Of a stretch of 64,000 nucleotides of DNA, positions 38,743 to 49,177 are shown in pieces. Origin of the DNA: an uncultured Gammaproteobacteria bacterium (GTDB lineage: Bacteria; Patescibacteriota; Patescibacteriia; 2-01-FULL-39-33). Position 1 is the stretch's first letter, and every line of letters starts with the position of its first letter. Location of the stretch: the NCBI GenBank assembly GCA_964558935.1, contig CAZLFP010000005.1:20667-84666 (forward strand), written 5' to 3'. Made by a program: the position numbers and the translations under genes. A model generated the notes under the pieces. The model worked only from the letters and a program-made list of their open reading frames with translations, ran no database searches and was not told the origin of the DNA.

Positions 38743-40098
38743 ATGGAATATACTAAATCCAAAGTTTTAATCATGGTGTTGTGGTCGTTTATTGCGGGCA
38801 TTGGTCTATCTGCGTATGTGCCTCAAGCTACCGGTTTATACTTAGCCGTATGTTTGGTTGGTTTGGGATTGTGTCTGTTGATTAAAAAACAAATTAGAAT
38901 AGTTATAATTATAGTGTGCGCCGGCTGTCTAGGTTTGGTACGCGCTCAATTGGCCCAGGTCGATTATACCGACACCGCTCACATTTACAGTCATGACCAA
39001 GAGTACGTGGTTTTTGAGGCCAGAGTGGTGGATATCGAAACCAGATTGGACTCTCAGAAGATAACCCTAACAGCTTTGGATGAGTATACCGGACGGGTTT
39101 TAATAACTACTCAGCTGTACCCCAGGTATTATGTTGGTCAGAGAATGAAGGTTGGTTGCAAACTTCAGAGGCCGGAGTCTTTTGAAGGTTTCAATTACCA
39201 AGCCTATTTGGCACGTTACTCGATCTACATTCTATGTTACCGACCTAAAATCGAAGTTACAGGCTTAGACCGGAATCTAGCTTACTATTTGTACCAATTA
39301 AAATTGAGATTAAGTTCAGCCATCAACATGTCACTCCCAGAACCCCAGGCAGCTATAATTCAAGCCATGGTTCTGGCTAACAGGCGGGGAATTCCCCAAA
39401 CTCTATTGGATAAATTTGCCAATGTGGGAATTTCTCATGTCATTGCAATTTCAGGCATGCATATTGCCATTATCTCCGGCGTTTTGATGAGTTTGATCAT
39501 TTCCTTGGGGATTATTCGCCAAAAAGCTTTTTATTTGGCTTTAACATGTTTAATTGGTTATGTAATTCTAATTGGCTTACCGGCCTCAGCCGTCAGAGCG
39601 ACAGTTATGGGAGGTCTGGTCTTGTATGCTCAGAAAATAGGCAGGTTGAATTCTAGCTTTAATGCCTTGTCTTTAGCGGCTGTTTTGATGTTATTTATCA
39701 ATCCCAAATTATTGCTTTCAGATATTGGCTTTCAATTGTCATTTGCCGCCACATGGGGTATTATTTTCATCTCACCAGTGATTAAAAAACACACTTCACT
39801 GCTTCCTTCTTGGGGACAAACCAAAGAAATTTTAACCATGACCATATCTGCTCAAATTACCACCTTGCCTTTAATTGTTTATTATTTTCGGAAACTGTCT
39901 CTGATTTCATTGGTAGCCAATATTTTTATTTTGCCGGTTGTACCCTTTGTGTTGTTGGGAGGAGTTGCCACAGCCATATTGGGTTGGTTGGATATTGTCT
40001 TGGGCAGGCTGGTCGGTTTTCTGGTTTGGATGTTAGTCAGTTATATGTTAATGGTGGTCGAGGTTTTAAACAGTGTAGGAGGATATTGGGAAGTGTAA
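38743..40098 (+). CDS. comEC: ComEC/Rec2 competence protein (OB and membrane channel domains)
   Basis: FNYQAYL, GISHVIAISGMHI, PASAVRA, DIGFQLSF.AT.GI, LVANI. Confidence 0.92.
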   Translation: MEYTKSKVLIMVLWSFIAGIGLSAYVPQATGLYLAVCLVGLGLCLLIKKQIRIVIIIVCAGCLGLVRAQLAQVDYTDTAHIYSHDQEYVVFEARVVDIETRLDSQKITLTALDEYTGRVLITTQLYPRYYVGQRMKVGCKLQRPESFEGFNYQAYLARYSIYILCYRPKIEVTGLDRNLAYYLYQLKLRLSSAINMSLPEPQAAIIQAMVLANRRGIPQTLLDKFANVGISHVIAISGMHIAIISGVLMSLIISLGIIRQKAFYLALTCLIGYVILIGLPASAVRATVMGGLVLYAQKIGRLNSSFNALSLAAVLMLFINPKLLLSDIGFQLSFAATWGIIFISPVIKKHTSLLPSWGQTKEILTMTISAQITTLPLIVYYFRKLSLISLVANIFILPVVPFVLLGGVATAILGWLDIVLGRLVGFLVWMLVSYMLMVVEVLNSVGGYWEV

Positions 40099-40104
40099 TA
40101 TAAT

Positions 40105-40992
40105 ATGAAGATGAGCAACAGAATTAAAATATTATTTGTCACTCTTTTTGTCATTAGTTCAGTCTGCTTAGCTGCCTATTGGCAGTCAACCAGGCTGACT
40201 TGGTCGGTTAAAGGTGTGGACGATACTCTGGAAGGCAAACTTTTGGTTCATTTTTTAGATGTCGGACAGGGAGATGCCATTCTAATCCAAACACCCTGTG
40301 GTCAAGACATTTTAATCGATGGAGGAGCGGACAATACCTTACTAGCCGGTTTGAGTCAGCATCTGTCATTTTTCAACCGGGATATTGAACTGATGATTCT
40401 AACTCATCCCCATTCTGACCATGTAGCCGGTTTAGTGGAAGTTTTGGATAGATACGAGGTGGACAAAGTTTTAACGACCGGAGTTGAATATGGCTCACCG
40501 GATTATGTAGCTTGGTTGGAGAAAATCGCAGACAAAGACATACCGGTTGAGATCGTAGATAGCCCCAGGAACATATTATTTAGTGAGGTTAGACTGGAAG
40601 TTTTGTTTCCAGACAGGTCGTTTAACGGTCAAGAAGTGGCTAATGTCAATGATGTTTCCATTGTGACCAGGATTGTGTATCTGGAAACAGAAATCCTATT
40701 AACCGGAGATTATGAGGAAGAAGAGACGTTGTTAAACAAAGATTTTGATTTACGGTCAGACATTTACAAAGCCGGTCATCATGGGTCCAACAATGCGAAT
40801 GATTATGAATTTGTTCAGGCTGTGGATCCGGATTACGTAATTATTTCTTGTGGACAGGATAATTCCTTTGGCCACCCTCATTACCGGGCAATGAAGAATT
40901 TTGAGTCAGTTGGCGCTCAGATTTTAAGAACAGACCAGGATGGCAGTGTCACGTTTATATCCGACGGACAGCACTTGTCTGTTAAGCCTTAA
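40105..40992 (+). CDS. ComEC-type metallo-beta-lactamase fold nuclease (separate gene)
   Basis: FLDVGQGDA, LIDGG, THPHSDH, LLTGD, HHGS, N.FGHPH, RTDQDG. Confidence 0.9.
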   Translation: MKMSNRIKILFVTLFVISSVCLAAYWQSTRLTWSVKGVDDTLEGKLLVHFLDVGQGDAILIQTPCGQDILIDGGADNTLLAGLSQHLSFFNRDIELMILTHPHSDHVAGLVEVLDRYEVDKVLTTGVEYGSPDYVAWLEKIADKDIPVEIVDSPRNILFSEVRLEVLFPDRSFNGQEVANVNDVSIVTRIVYLETEILLTGDYEEEETLLNKDFDLRSDIYKAGHHGSNNANDYEFVQAVDPDYVIISCGQDNSFGHPHYRAMKNFESVGAQILRTDQDGSVTFISDGQHLSVKP

Positions 40993-41022
40993 TTTGTTAA
41001 GATAAGGATGACTTAAAAAACT

Positions 41023-41415
41023 ATGTCAGACAAAATTTACAAAATTTGCTTAGTGGAAGATGATGATTTGATCGTGGAGATGTATAGGTTAAGGTTGGAG
41101 GAAGAGGGTTACCAGGTGGTGGTTTGCCAATCAGGCGGTCAGGTTTTGGACATAGTTAAAGTTGAACAGCCAACTGTCATTGTTTTGGACATTATTTTAC
41201 CTGAGGTGGACGGTTTCAGTGTTTTACAGGATTTGAAGGCTAGGATTGAAACCAAGCATATTCCGGTTTTGGTTTTATCCAACCTGGGTCAAGATTCGGA
41301 TATTTTCAAGGGCACGCAGAGAGGAGCTGCGGATTATCTGGTGAAAGCCAAGACCACACCGTCCCAGGTGGTGCAAAAAATTAGAGATTTAATTCATCAA
41401 ACAAATATTTACTAG
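41023..41415 (+). CDS. Single-domain response regulator (receiver)
   Basis: LVEDD, LDIILP..DG, LSN, ADYLVK. Confidence 0.9.
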   Translation: MSDKIYKICLVEDDDLIVEMYRLRLEEEGYQVVVCQSGGQVLDIVKVEQPTVIVLDIILPEVDGFSVLQDLKARIETKHIPVLVLSNLGQDSDIFKGTQRGAADYLVKAKTTPSQVVQKIRDLIHQTNIY

Positions 41416-41416
41416 T

Positions 41417-41917
41417 ATGGACACCAACATTGAAAGAACTTTAGTCTTGCTAAAACCGGATGCGGTTAAAAGAGGACTGATGGGGGAAATCATATCCCGT
41501 TTTGAAAAAGCCGGCTTAAAGATTGTCGGCATGAAATTAAAACAAGCAGATGCCGACAGAGCCGGCAAACATTATGGGGAAGACATTGCTCAAAGAAGGG
41601 GAGAAAAGGTCAGAAAATTATTAATTGATTTTATCACCTCAGGTCCGGTTCTGGCTATGGTGATTGAGGGTGTTAATGCGGTGGAAAATGTCAGGATGAT
41701 GGCCGGTGAAACAGAGCCCAAGTCTTCAGCTCCCGGAACCATCCGGGGAGACTATTCCCATGTCAGTTTTGCTCATGCTGATTCCCAAGAGAAAGCGGTT
41801 GAAAATATCATTCATGCCTCAGCCAAGCCGGAAGAAGCTCAAGTTGAAATGTATTTATGGTTTAACCAGGATGAACTGTGTGATTACAAGTCAGTACATG
41901 AGGCGCATACTTTTTAA
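41417..41917 (+). CDS. ndk: Nucleoside diphosphate kinase
   Basis: ERTLVLLKPDAV.RGL, PGTIRGDY, NIIHAS. Confidence 0.95.
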   Translation: MDTNIERTLVLLKPDAVKRGLMGEIISRFEKAGLKIVGMKLKQADADRAGKHYGEDIAQRRGEKVRKLLIDFITSGPVLAMVIEGVNAVENVRMMAGETEPKSSAPGTIRGDYSHVSFAHADSQEKAVENIIHASAKPEEAQVEMYLWFNQDELCDYKSVHEAHTF

Positions 41918-41932
41918 ATAGTTTTTTAATTT

Positions 41933-41963
41933 AAAAAACAGAGGTGTATTCCTCTGTTTTTTT
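41933..41963 (+). terminator. Terminator after ndk
   Basis: AAAAAACAGAGG-TGTATT-CCTCTGTTTTTTT. Confidence 0.8.
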
Positions 41964-41990
41964 GTAGAATTGATAAATTCTAATTTTATA

Positions 41991-42018
41991 ATAAAACTCC
42001 CTGATGTAGGGAGTTTTA
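41991..42018 (-). terminator. Terminator after rpmB
   Basis: ATAAAACTCCCT-GATGT-AGGGAGTTTTA. Confidence 0.7.
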
Positions 42019-42201
42019 TTATTTAGTCTTCTTTTGTTTATTCTTAGTCTTCAAACAGCTGGTACAAACTTTCACTTTCTTACCATCTATCTTTTTGGAT
42101 TGAAGATTTATTTTTTGAGTCTTTTTGGTTCTGACTTTAGAGTGGCTGACATTGTAGGCAGTAGTTGTGCCTCGGCCACAGACTTCGCAAATTTGAGCCA
42201 T
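42019..42201 (-). CDS. rpmB: 50S ribosomal protein bL28
   Basis: CEVCG..NVSHS..TK..Q.INLQ..KVCTSCLK. Confidence 0.92.
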   Translation of the reverse strand: MAQICEVCGRGTTTAYNVSHSKVRTKKTQKINLQSKKIDGKKVKVCTSCLKTKNKQKKTK

Positions 42202-42295
42202 ATATTTATACTTTAGATTTAACCTCTATATAGTAACATGGTTGAAAAAATTAGTCAATCATGATATGATTGAGTCATAACTCATATATCGGCTT

Positions 42296-42931
42296 ATGTT
42301 TTTTCAGAGACTGCTTGAAAACCCTTTGATTTTTTTGATCGGGTTGATGTCAGTTATTATTGCCTTAACTGTTCATGAATTTGCTCATGCCATGATTGCC
42401 ACTTTTTACGGAGATGATACTGCCAAGGCTCAGGGCAGATTAAGCTTGAATCCATTGCGTCATTTAGATCCCATGGGCTTTATGATGATGTTATTTGCCG
42501 GTTTTGGCTGGGCCAGGCCAGTGCCGGTTAACCAGTTTAATCTGAGAAGTCCGAAATGGCATATGATGCTGGTGGCAGCTGCTGGTCCGGGGATTAATAT
42601 CCTCATGGCCTTGGTCTGCGTACTGTTAATTAGGATTTTAGATGATTATTTGGCCGGAACCAATCTGCTTTTAAGCTTTTTATTCTTACTGGCGATGGTT
42701 AATGGCTTGTTTGCAGTTTTCAATTTTTTACCCATACCTCCCTTGGACGGTTCCAGAGTCTTGTTTGGTCTGTTGCCGGACAGATTTATGGAATTTAAGG
42801 AAAAATATACCTTATATGGGCCAGCGATTTTAATTGGTCTCATAATCATAGACAGTTTTTCCAATTTAAGCATTTTTCAACTGATTTTGGGCTGGATTCC
42901 CAATTTTTTGATCTATTTAATCACTATCTGA
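42296..42931 (+). CDS. Site-2 protease (M50 family)
   Basis: HEFAH, GRLSLNPL.HLD, AAGP, FNFLPIPPLDG. Confidence 0.92.
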   Translation: MFFQRLLENPLIFLIGLMSVIIALTVHEFAHAMIATFYGDDTAKAQGRLSLNPLRHLDPMGFMMMLFAGFGWARPVPVNQFNLRSPKWHMMLVAAAGPGINILMALVCVLLIRILDDYLAGTNLLLSFLFLLAMVNGLFAVFNFLPIPPLDGSRVLFGLLPDRFMEFKEKYTLYGPAILIGLIIIDSFSNLSIFQLILGWIPNFLIYLITI

Positions 42932-42938
42932 TCCGCTC

Positions 42939-42967
42939 TTGACTTATTTTCTTAAATTGTTTAAAAT
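42939..42967 (+). promoter_or_regulatory. Promoter of str operon
   Basis: TTGACT-17bp-TAAAAT. Confidence 0.6.
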
Positions 42968-43047
42968 AATCCAAGTAATCTACAAATTATTGTTGGATTA
43001 AAAATATTAAACTAGTTAATATTTTTTTATTTCAGTTAAAGACATTT

Positions 43048-43476
43048 ATGCCAACCATTAACCAACTACTTAGAAAAGGCAGGCAATCTAAGACTACAAA
43101 ATCTAAAACACCGGATTTACAGATTACCTTGGACAGTTTACACAGAAAAAAGAGAACTGTTAAAAAGGGTAATCCTTTTAAACGTGGTGTATGTTTGCAG
43201 GTCAGAACAACCACGCCTAAGAAACCTAACTCAGCTTTGAGAAAGATTGCCAGGGTTAGATTGTCTAACGGTCAGGAAGTGACTGCCTATATTCCCGGTG
43301 TCGGCCATAATTTACAAGAACACTCCATTGTCTTAGTGCGAGGCGGTAGAGTTAAAGACTTACCCGGTGTCAGATATCATGTGGTCCGCGGTGTTTATGA
43401 TACGGCTGGCGTAACCGGCAGAAAACGAGGCAGATCTTTGTACGGTGCCAAAAAAGAAAAAGCTAAAAAAGAGTAA
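43048..43476 (+). CDS. rpsL: 30S ribosomal protein uS12
   Basis: [30 protein letters not shown]. Confidence 0.98.
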   Translation: MPTINQLLRKGRQSKTTKSKTPDLQITLDSLHRKKRTVKKGNPFKRGVCLQVRTTTPKKPNSALRKIARVRLSNGQEVTAYIPGVGHNLQEHSIVLVRGGRVKDLPGVRYHVVRGVYDTAGVTGRKRGRSLYGAKKEKAKKE

Positions 43477-43486
43477 TATATAATTT

Positions 43487-43954
43487 ATGAGAGGCAGACC
43501 AGCTCCTAAACGAAATATCAAGCCAGATACCAAGTTTAATCGTGAAGATTTAGCTAAGTTCATTAATTACATTATGAAAATGGGCAAGAAGTCAACAGCT
43601 GAGAAAGTTGTTTACGATTGTCTGGATATTATTTCTAAAAAGACCAAACAAGATCCTTTGGAAGTTTTTGAAATGGCGATTAAGAATATATCTCCGACGG
43701 TTGAGATTCGCGGCCGTCGTGTGGGTGGTGCTAACTACCAAGTGCCAGTGGCAGTTAGATCTGTAAGATCTTTCACCTTGGCTTGTCGTTGGCTGATTGA
43801 TGCCGCTCAAGCCAAAAAAGGCAAATCCATGGCTGTTAAACTAGCGGATGAGTTGATTGCCGCTTACAATAGTGAAGGTACGGCCTACAAGAAAAAGCAA
43901 GATACATACCGAATGGCTGAAGCTAACAGGGCTTTTGCTCATTTTGGACGTTAA
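43487..43954 (+). CDS. rpsG: 30S ribosomal protein uS7
   Basis: RRVGGANYQVP, MAEANRAFAHF. Confidence 0.98.
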   Translation: MRGRPAPKRNIKPDTKFNREDLAKFINYIMKMGKKSTAEKVVYDCLDIISKKTKQDPLEVFEMAIKNISPTVEIRGRRVGGANYQVPVAVRSVRSFTLACRWLIDAAQAKKGKSMAVKLADELIAAYNSEGTAYKKKQDTYRMAEANRAFAHFGR

Positions 43955-43968
43955 TTATTTAAAACTAT

Positions 43969-46122
43969 ATGCCCCGTAAACAACCCTTGGACAGAGTCCG
44001 CAATATTGGAATTATCGCTCATATCGATGCTGGAAAAACCACTGTATCTGAGCGTATTTTATTTTATACCGGAAAAAAACATAAAATTGGTGAAGTTCAT
44101 GAAGGTGAAGCTACCATGGACTGGATGGAACAGGAACAAGAGCGGGGTATTACCATTACCTCAGCCGCTACGACTTGTTTTTGGCCGAATGCCGATTGGT
44201 TAGGCGGTGGAGAAATTCAAATCAACATTATTGATACTCCGGGACACGTTGATTTCACAGCTGAAGTTGAGCGTGCTTTAAGAGTTTTAGACGGTGGCGT
44301 GATCGTTTTTGACGGTGTGGCGGGAGTGGAACCGCAATCTGAAACTGTGTGGCGTCAATCTGAGAAATACCACGTGCCTAAAATTGGTTTTGTCAACAAA
44401 ATGGATAGAATGGGTGCTGATTTCTATTATGATTTAAAAACCATTCATGAAAGATTAACATCTCATGCCCACCCCATTCAATTGCCGGTAGGTGCAGCGG
44501 AAACATTTCAAGGCATTATTGACCTTTTTGACATGAAGGCTCGGATTTACCAGGATGATTTGGGTACTAAGTGGGAAGATACTGAGATTCCAGCCGATGA
44601 ATTGGAAAGAGCCAAAGATTATCGTAACAAGTTAATTGAAGCTATTGTGGAAAATGACGAAGCTTTAATGGAAAAATATTTAGCCGGTGAAGAAATTCCG
44701 GTGAATGAGCTTAAGAAAGTACTGCGACAAGCTGTGATTAACAACAAGATTGTGCCGGTCATGTGTGGCAGTGCTTTAAAAAACAAAGGCGTTCAGTTTT
44801 TATTAAATGCAGTGGATGAGTATTTGCCTTCACCGTTGGACGTGTCAGCTCCGGTTGGTCACGATGTCAATGATGAGACCAAAGATATTAAAGTTGAAAC
44901 TAAAGACGATGCACCTCTGGCCGGTTTGGCTTTTAAGGTAGCTACTGATCCGTTTGTAGGTAAACTGGTTTTTTACCGAGTATACTCCGGAGTCTTGAAA
45001 TCCGGTTCATACGTCGTTAACAATTCCAACGGCAACAAGGAGAGAATTGGTCGTATTTTAAGAATGCATGCCAATTCCAGAGAAGAAGTGGAGGAAGTGT
45101 ATGCGGGTGAAATCGCAGCGATTGTTGGACTTAAAGATACCACTACCGGAGATACTTTATCTGACCCATCCTTTCCATTACTGCTGGAAAAAATTACTTT
45201 TCCTGAACCCGTTATTGATATTGCGGTTGAACCGAAAACCAAAGCTGACCAGGAAAAAATGGGTTTGGCTTTAGCGAAATTAGCTGAGGAAGATCCAACT
45301 TTCAGAGTCAGAACAGATGAGGAAACCATGCAGACTATCATTTCAGGTATGGGAGAACTTCATTTGGATATTATTATTGACAGAATGAAAAGAGAGTTTA
45401 AGGTGGAGGCTAACATTGGTCAACCTCAAGTGGCTTACCGAGAAACCATTACAGGTTCTGCTGAAGCAGAGGGTAAATACGTAAGACAATCCGGTGGTCG
45501 TGGTCAGTATGGTCATTGCTGGTTGCGAGTGAAACCAACTGAAATTGTGACGAACGAAGAGGATGGTTCAACTTCACAAGAAGAATTTAAATTTAATGAC
45601 GAAATTAAGGGTGGTGTTGTACCTAAAGAATATGTTAAGCCGATTGAAAAAGGTGTTAAAGAAGCTATGGATAGAGGTGTGATTGCCGGGTATCCTTTGA
45701 TTAACATTGAAACTACGGTGTATGATGGTTCTTATCATGATGTAGACTCGTCTGAATCCGCTTTTAAAATTGCCGGTTCCATGGCGTTGCAAGATGCGGT
45801 TAAGAAAGCTAATCCAGTTCTGTTAGAACCGGTAATGAAATTGGAAGTAGTTACTCCCGAACAATTTATGGGAGATGTGATTGGTGATTTAAATTCAAGA
45901 CGAGCGATTATTGGTCAGATGGAAGATCGAGGACAGGGTGCGGCAGCAGTTAAAGTAATTGCCGCTGAAGTGCCATTAGCTGAAATATTTGGCTACACTA
46001 CCGTTTTAAGATCATTAACTCAAGGTAGAGCCAATTCCACTATGGAGTTTTTGAAATATAATGAAGTACCTAGGAATGTAGAGGAGAAGATTAAAGCAGG
46101 AAAGGCAGAAAAAAAGGACTAG
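43969..46122 (+). CDS. fusA: Elongation factor G
   Basis: [30 protein letters not shown]. Confidence 0.98.
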   Translation: MPRKQPLDRVRNIGIIAHIDAGKTTVSERILFYTGKKHKIGEVHEGEATMDWMEQEQERGITITSAATTCFWPNADWLGGGEIQINIIDTPGHVDFTAEVERALRVLDGGVIVFDGVAGVEPQSETVWRQSEKYHVPKIGFVNKMDRMGADFYYDLKTIHERLTSHAHPIQLPVGAAETFQGIIDLFDMKARIYQDDLGTKWEDTEIPADELERAKDYRNKLIEAIVENDEALMEKYLAGEEIPVNELKKVLRQAVINNKIVPVMCGSALKNKGVQFLLNAVDEYLPSPLDVSAPVGHDVNDETKDIKVETKDDAPLAGLAFKVATDPFVGKLVFYRVYSGVLKSGSYVVNNSNGNKERIGRILRMHANSREEVEEVYAGEIAAIVGLKDTTTGDTLSDPSFPLLLEKITFPEPVIDIAVEPKTKADQEKMGLALAKLAEEDPTFRVRTDEETMQTIISGMGELHLDIIIDRMKREFKVEANIGQPQVAYRETITGSAEAEGKYVRQSGGRGQYGHCWLRVKPTEIVTNEEDGSTSQEEFKFNDEIKGGVVPKEYVKPIEKGVKEAMDRGVIAGYPLINIETTVYDGSYHDVDSSESAFKIAGSMALQDAVKKANPVLLEPVMKLEVVTPEQFMGDVIGDLNSRRAIIGQMEDRGQGAAAVKVIAAEVPLAEIFGYTTVLRSLTQGRANSTMEFLKYNEVPRNVEEKIKAGKAEKKD

Positions 46123-46150
46123 TTTAGGTAAATATCGACTAATCACTGAT

Positions 46151-46504
46151 ATGCAGCCACTCGAAAAAGTTATAAATTTAGCCAAAAAAAATGGAGATAA
46201 GCTGGTTATATTAGATAACCAAGGAAATCCTGAGTATGTTATTATGTCTTTTGATCAGTATGAGCAGCTCAGTAATGGTAAAAAGGATGTTCGGGACTTG
46301 ACAGAGGGCGAACTTTTGACTAAAATTAATTGTGATATTACTGCCTTAAAAGAGTCTTCTGAGTCTGAAGATTTAGATAATTTAGCCAAAAATGTTTGGT
46401 CTGAAGCGGTGAATGAAGATATTTCTCTAAATTTAGATGATTTTGAGGATAATAAAGTAGAAATTGAAGATGAAGATCAGTATTATTTTGAACCGGTTGA
46501 GTAA
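46151..46504 (+). CDS. Hypothetical protein with Phd/YefM-like N-terminus and acidic tail
   Basis: VINLAKKNGDKLVIL...PEYVIMSFDQYEQL; D/E-rich C-terminus. Confidence 0.65.
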   Translation: MQPLEKVINLAKKNGDKLVILDNQGNPEYVIMSFDQYEQLSNGKKDVRDLTEGELLTKINCDITALKESSESEDLDNLAKNVWSEAVNEDISLNLDDFEDNKVEIEDEDQYYFEPVE

Positions 46505-46507
46505 GTC

Positions 46508-46535
46508 TTGCATTTTTTAGATTTTTTGCTATAAT
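46508..46535 (+). promoter_or_regulatory. Internal promoter of tuf
   Basis: TTGCAT-16bp-TATAAT with TG extension. Confidence 0.6.
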
Positions 46536-46642
46536 AATTAAGCAATTTTTTAATAAAACAAATAATACTTGAGGCCTGGGTAAAACTCGTTGTTTCTGTG
46601 CCAGAAACATGACGAGGGTCTCAGTTAAAGAGGTTATTAAAC

Positions 46643-47830
46643 ATGGCAGAACAATTCGATAGATCTAAGCCACACGTAAATGTGGGTACAATCGGTCACG
46701 TTGACCACGGTAAAACCACTTTGACTGCAGCTATTTTAAAAGTTTTGGCAGCCAAGGGGTTAATCGCTCAAGATAAAACAGTTGATCAAATTGATGCCGC
46801 TCCTGAAGAAAGGGAACGTGGTATTACCATTGCAACCGCTCATGTTGAGTATGAAACGGAAAAACGTCATTATGCTCACGTTGACTGCCCAGGTCATGCT
46901 GATTACATTAAAAACATGATTACCGGTGCAGCTCAGATGGATGGTGCGATTTTAGTCGTAGCCGCCACTGATGGCCCCATGCCTCAGACCAGAGAGCATA
47001 TTCTGTTAGCGCGTCAGGTAGGCGTGCCATACATTTGTGTTTTCATTAACAAAGTTGACCAAGTCGATGATCCTTCTTTAATCGATTTAGTAGAAGAAGA
47101 GATTAGAGATTTGCTTAAGAAATATGAATTTCCGGGTGATGAAGCTCCAATTATCCGAGGTTCTGCCCTGAAAGCTTTGGAAGATCCCAATGGAGAGCAT
47201 GGTGAGGCTATTATGAAATTGATGGATGCTTTAGATAATAATATTCCTGAACCGGAAAGAGCCGTTGATGGTGATTTCTTAATGCCAATTGAAGATATTT
47301 TTTCAATTGAAGGTCGGGGTACGGTGGTAACCGGTAGAATTGAAAGAGGTATTGTTAAATTAAATGAAGAAGTTGAAATCGTTGGCTTAAAGGATACTGC
47401 CAAGACTGTTGTTACCGGTATTGAGATGTTTAACAAGAATTTAGATGAAGGTAGAGCCGGAGATAATGCAGGTATTCTGTTAAGAGGTACCAAGAAAGAT
47501 GAAGTAGAACGTGGTCAGGTTTTGGCCAAGCCAGGTTCCATTACTCCTCATTCAGAGTTTGAAGCCGAGGTTTATGTTCTGTCTAAAGAAGAAGGTGGTA
47601 GACACAAACCTTTCTTCAAGGGTTACAAACCTCAGTTTTATATCAGAACAACTGATGTAACCGGTGAAATTGAATTACCAGAAGGCACTGAAATGGTTAT
47701 GCCAGGAGATACTGTTAATTTAAAAATTAAGTTAGGCAAGTCAGTGGCTATGGAAGACAAGATGAAGTTTGCGATTCGTGAAGGCGGTCACACTGTCGGT
47801 GCAGGTATTGTAACTAAAATTATTAAGTAA
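46643..47830 (+). CDS. tuf: Elongation factor Tu
   Basis: [21 protein letters not shown]. Confidence 0.98.
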   Translation: MAEQFDRSKPHVNVGTIGHVDHGKTTLTAAILKVLAAKGLIAQDKTVDQIDAAPEERERGITIATAHVEYETEKRHYAHVDCPGHADYIKNMITGAAQMDGAILVVAATDGPMPQTREHILLARQVGVPYICVFINKVDQVDDPSLIDLVEEEIRDLLKKYEFPGDEAPIIRGSALKALEDPNGEHGEAIMKLMDALDNNIPEPERAVDGDFLMPIEDIFSIEGRGTVVTGRIERGIVKLNEEVEIVGLKDTAKTVVTGIEMFNKNLDEGRAGDNAGILLRGTKKDEVERGQVLAKPGSITPHSEFEAEVYVLSKEEGGRHKPFFKGYKPQFYIRTTDVTGEIELPEGTEMVMPGDTVNLKIKLGKSVAMEDKMKFAIREGGHTVGAGIVTKIIK

Positions 47831-47838
47831 TATGGATT

Positions 47839-47867
47839 GGAGGGATGCATATCTTGTGCATCCCTCC
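47839..47867 (+). other. Strong hairpin between tuf and rpsJ without U-tract
   Basis: GGAGGGATGCATA-TCT-TGTGCATCCCTCC. Confidence 0.7.
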
Positions 47868-47884
47868 TAACTAGTTGAAAAAAC

Positions 47885-48214
47885 ATGGCTACTAAGATTG
47901 AAGACAAAGCACATCAAAGGATTAGAATTAAGATCAAAGCATACGATCATAAGATTATAGATAGTTCTGTGCAAAAGATCATTGAAACTTGTCAAAGATA
48001 TGGCGCCAATATTATTGGGCCCGTACCTTTGCCAACTGAAAAAAAGAAGCATACTGTTCAAAAATCCACTTTTGTTCATAAGGATAGCCGTGAGCAATTT
48101 GAGATGAGAATCCATAAACGATTGATAGATATTATAGATCCGGATAATAAAACAATTGAAGCCTTGACGAGTTTAAGCTTACCGGCTGGAGTCAACGTCG
48201 AAATTAAAATGTAA
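47885..48214 (+). CDS. rpsJ: 30S ribosomal protein uS10
   Basis: [29 protein letters not shown]. Confidence 0.98.
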   Translation: MATKIEDKAHQRIRIKIKAYDHKIIDSSVQKIIETCQRYGANIIGPVPLPTEKKKHTVQKSTFVHKDSREQFEMRIHKRLIDIIDPDNKTIEALTSLSLPAGVNVEIKM

Positions 48215-48364
48215 CTTATAAACAATCTGGCCTCATACATGGAGAAAGATCCTGGGAAAACAGCAGCTTATTTTGGGAAAACCTCCATCAAGATGTTCTA
48301 GATTTATAAAGGAAACCAGAAACTAAAAATTTAGATTTTAACTCTCAAACTTACTTGAGATGTA

Positions 48365-48398
48365 AGATCTGGTTTTTAGCTAAAACCAGGTTTTTTTT
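48365..48398 (+). terminator. Intrinsic terminator immediately upstream of rplC (possible attenuator)
   Basis: AGATCTGGTTTT-TAGCT-AAAACCAGGTTT then T-run. Confidence 0.7.
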
Positions 48399-48407
48399 AT
48401 CACCAAT

Positions 48408-49175
48408 ATGAAGTTTGTTCTAGGTAAGAAAATTGAAATGACCCAAATTTTCCAGGCAGACGGTAAGGTTGTACCGGCTACCTCTGTTTTAGTGCAACCG
48501 AATGTGGTGACACAAGTAAAAACAGCAGATAATGATGGATATACAGCTATTCAGGTTGGTACCAGTACGGCTAAAAAGCTGTCTAAATCTAGAGCGGGTC
48601 ATCTCAAAGGTTTGGAACAATTAAAACAGCTTAAGGAAGTGAGAGTAGAAGCTGATCAAGTTACCCAGCTAAAAAGAGGGGATGTTATTACCGCTCAGGT
48701 TTTTCAAGCCGGAGATAAGGTTAAGGTGAGTGGCGTGTCTAAAGGGAGAGGCTTTCAGGGTGTGGTTAAGCGTCATGGTTTTCATGGTGCTCCAAAAACT
48801 CATGGTCATAAAGATCAAGAAAGAATGCCCGGTTCCATTGGCGCTACAGATGCAGCTCGAGTTTTCAAGGGTAAAAAAATGCCTGGACAAATGGGTAATC
48901 AGCCCAGTACGGTAACCGGATTGGAAATTGTAGAGGTGGATGCGGAACACAACATTCTCTACATTAAAGGTGCTGTTCCAGGAGCAAGAAATGGCTTACT
49001 GTTAATCAGTGGTCCAGGTGAAATGGATTTAGGTGCTCAACAAGTTGCAGAGATGAAAACGGTAGAACAGCCAGTTGACGGGAGTGAACCGGTAGATTCT
49101 CAAGTGGAGAAAGTGGATGAAGTTAAAACAGATTCTCAGCCGACAGCAGTTAAGGAAAATGTTGAACAATCATAA
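48408..49175 (+). CDS. rplC: 50S ribosomal protein uL3
   Basis: GKKIEMTQIF, SKGRGFQGVVKRH, KGAVPG. Confidence 0.97.
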   Translation: MKFVLGKKIEMTQIFQADGKVVPATSVLVQPNVVTQVKTADNDGYTAIQVGTSTAKKLSKSRAGHLKGLEQLKQLKEVRVEADQVTQLKRGDVITAQVFQAGDKVKVSGVSKGRGFQGVVKRHGFHGAPKTHGHKDQERMPGSIGATDAARVFKGKKMPGQMGNQPSTVTGLEIVEVDAEHNILYIKGAVPGARNGLLLISGPGEMDLGAQQVAEMKTVEQPVDGSEPVDSQVEKVDEVKTDSQPTAVKENVEQS

Positions 49176-49177
49176 GT

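Noticed and set aside
47014-47493. Long antisense or alternate-frame ORFs within tuf and similarly in hppA, tig, ftsZ, nrdD, fusA, rplE, rpsE and secY
   Set aside because: Fully overlap well-conserved genes and show no protein motifs
48245-48270. SRP RNA-like AGAUCC..AGCAGC motif
   Set aside because: No GNRA-capped helix 8 pairing; fits a leader structure better
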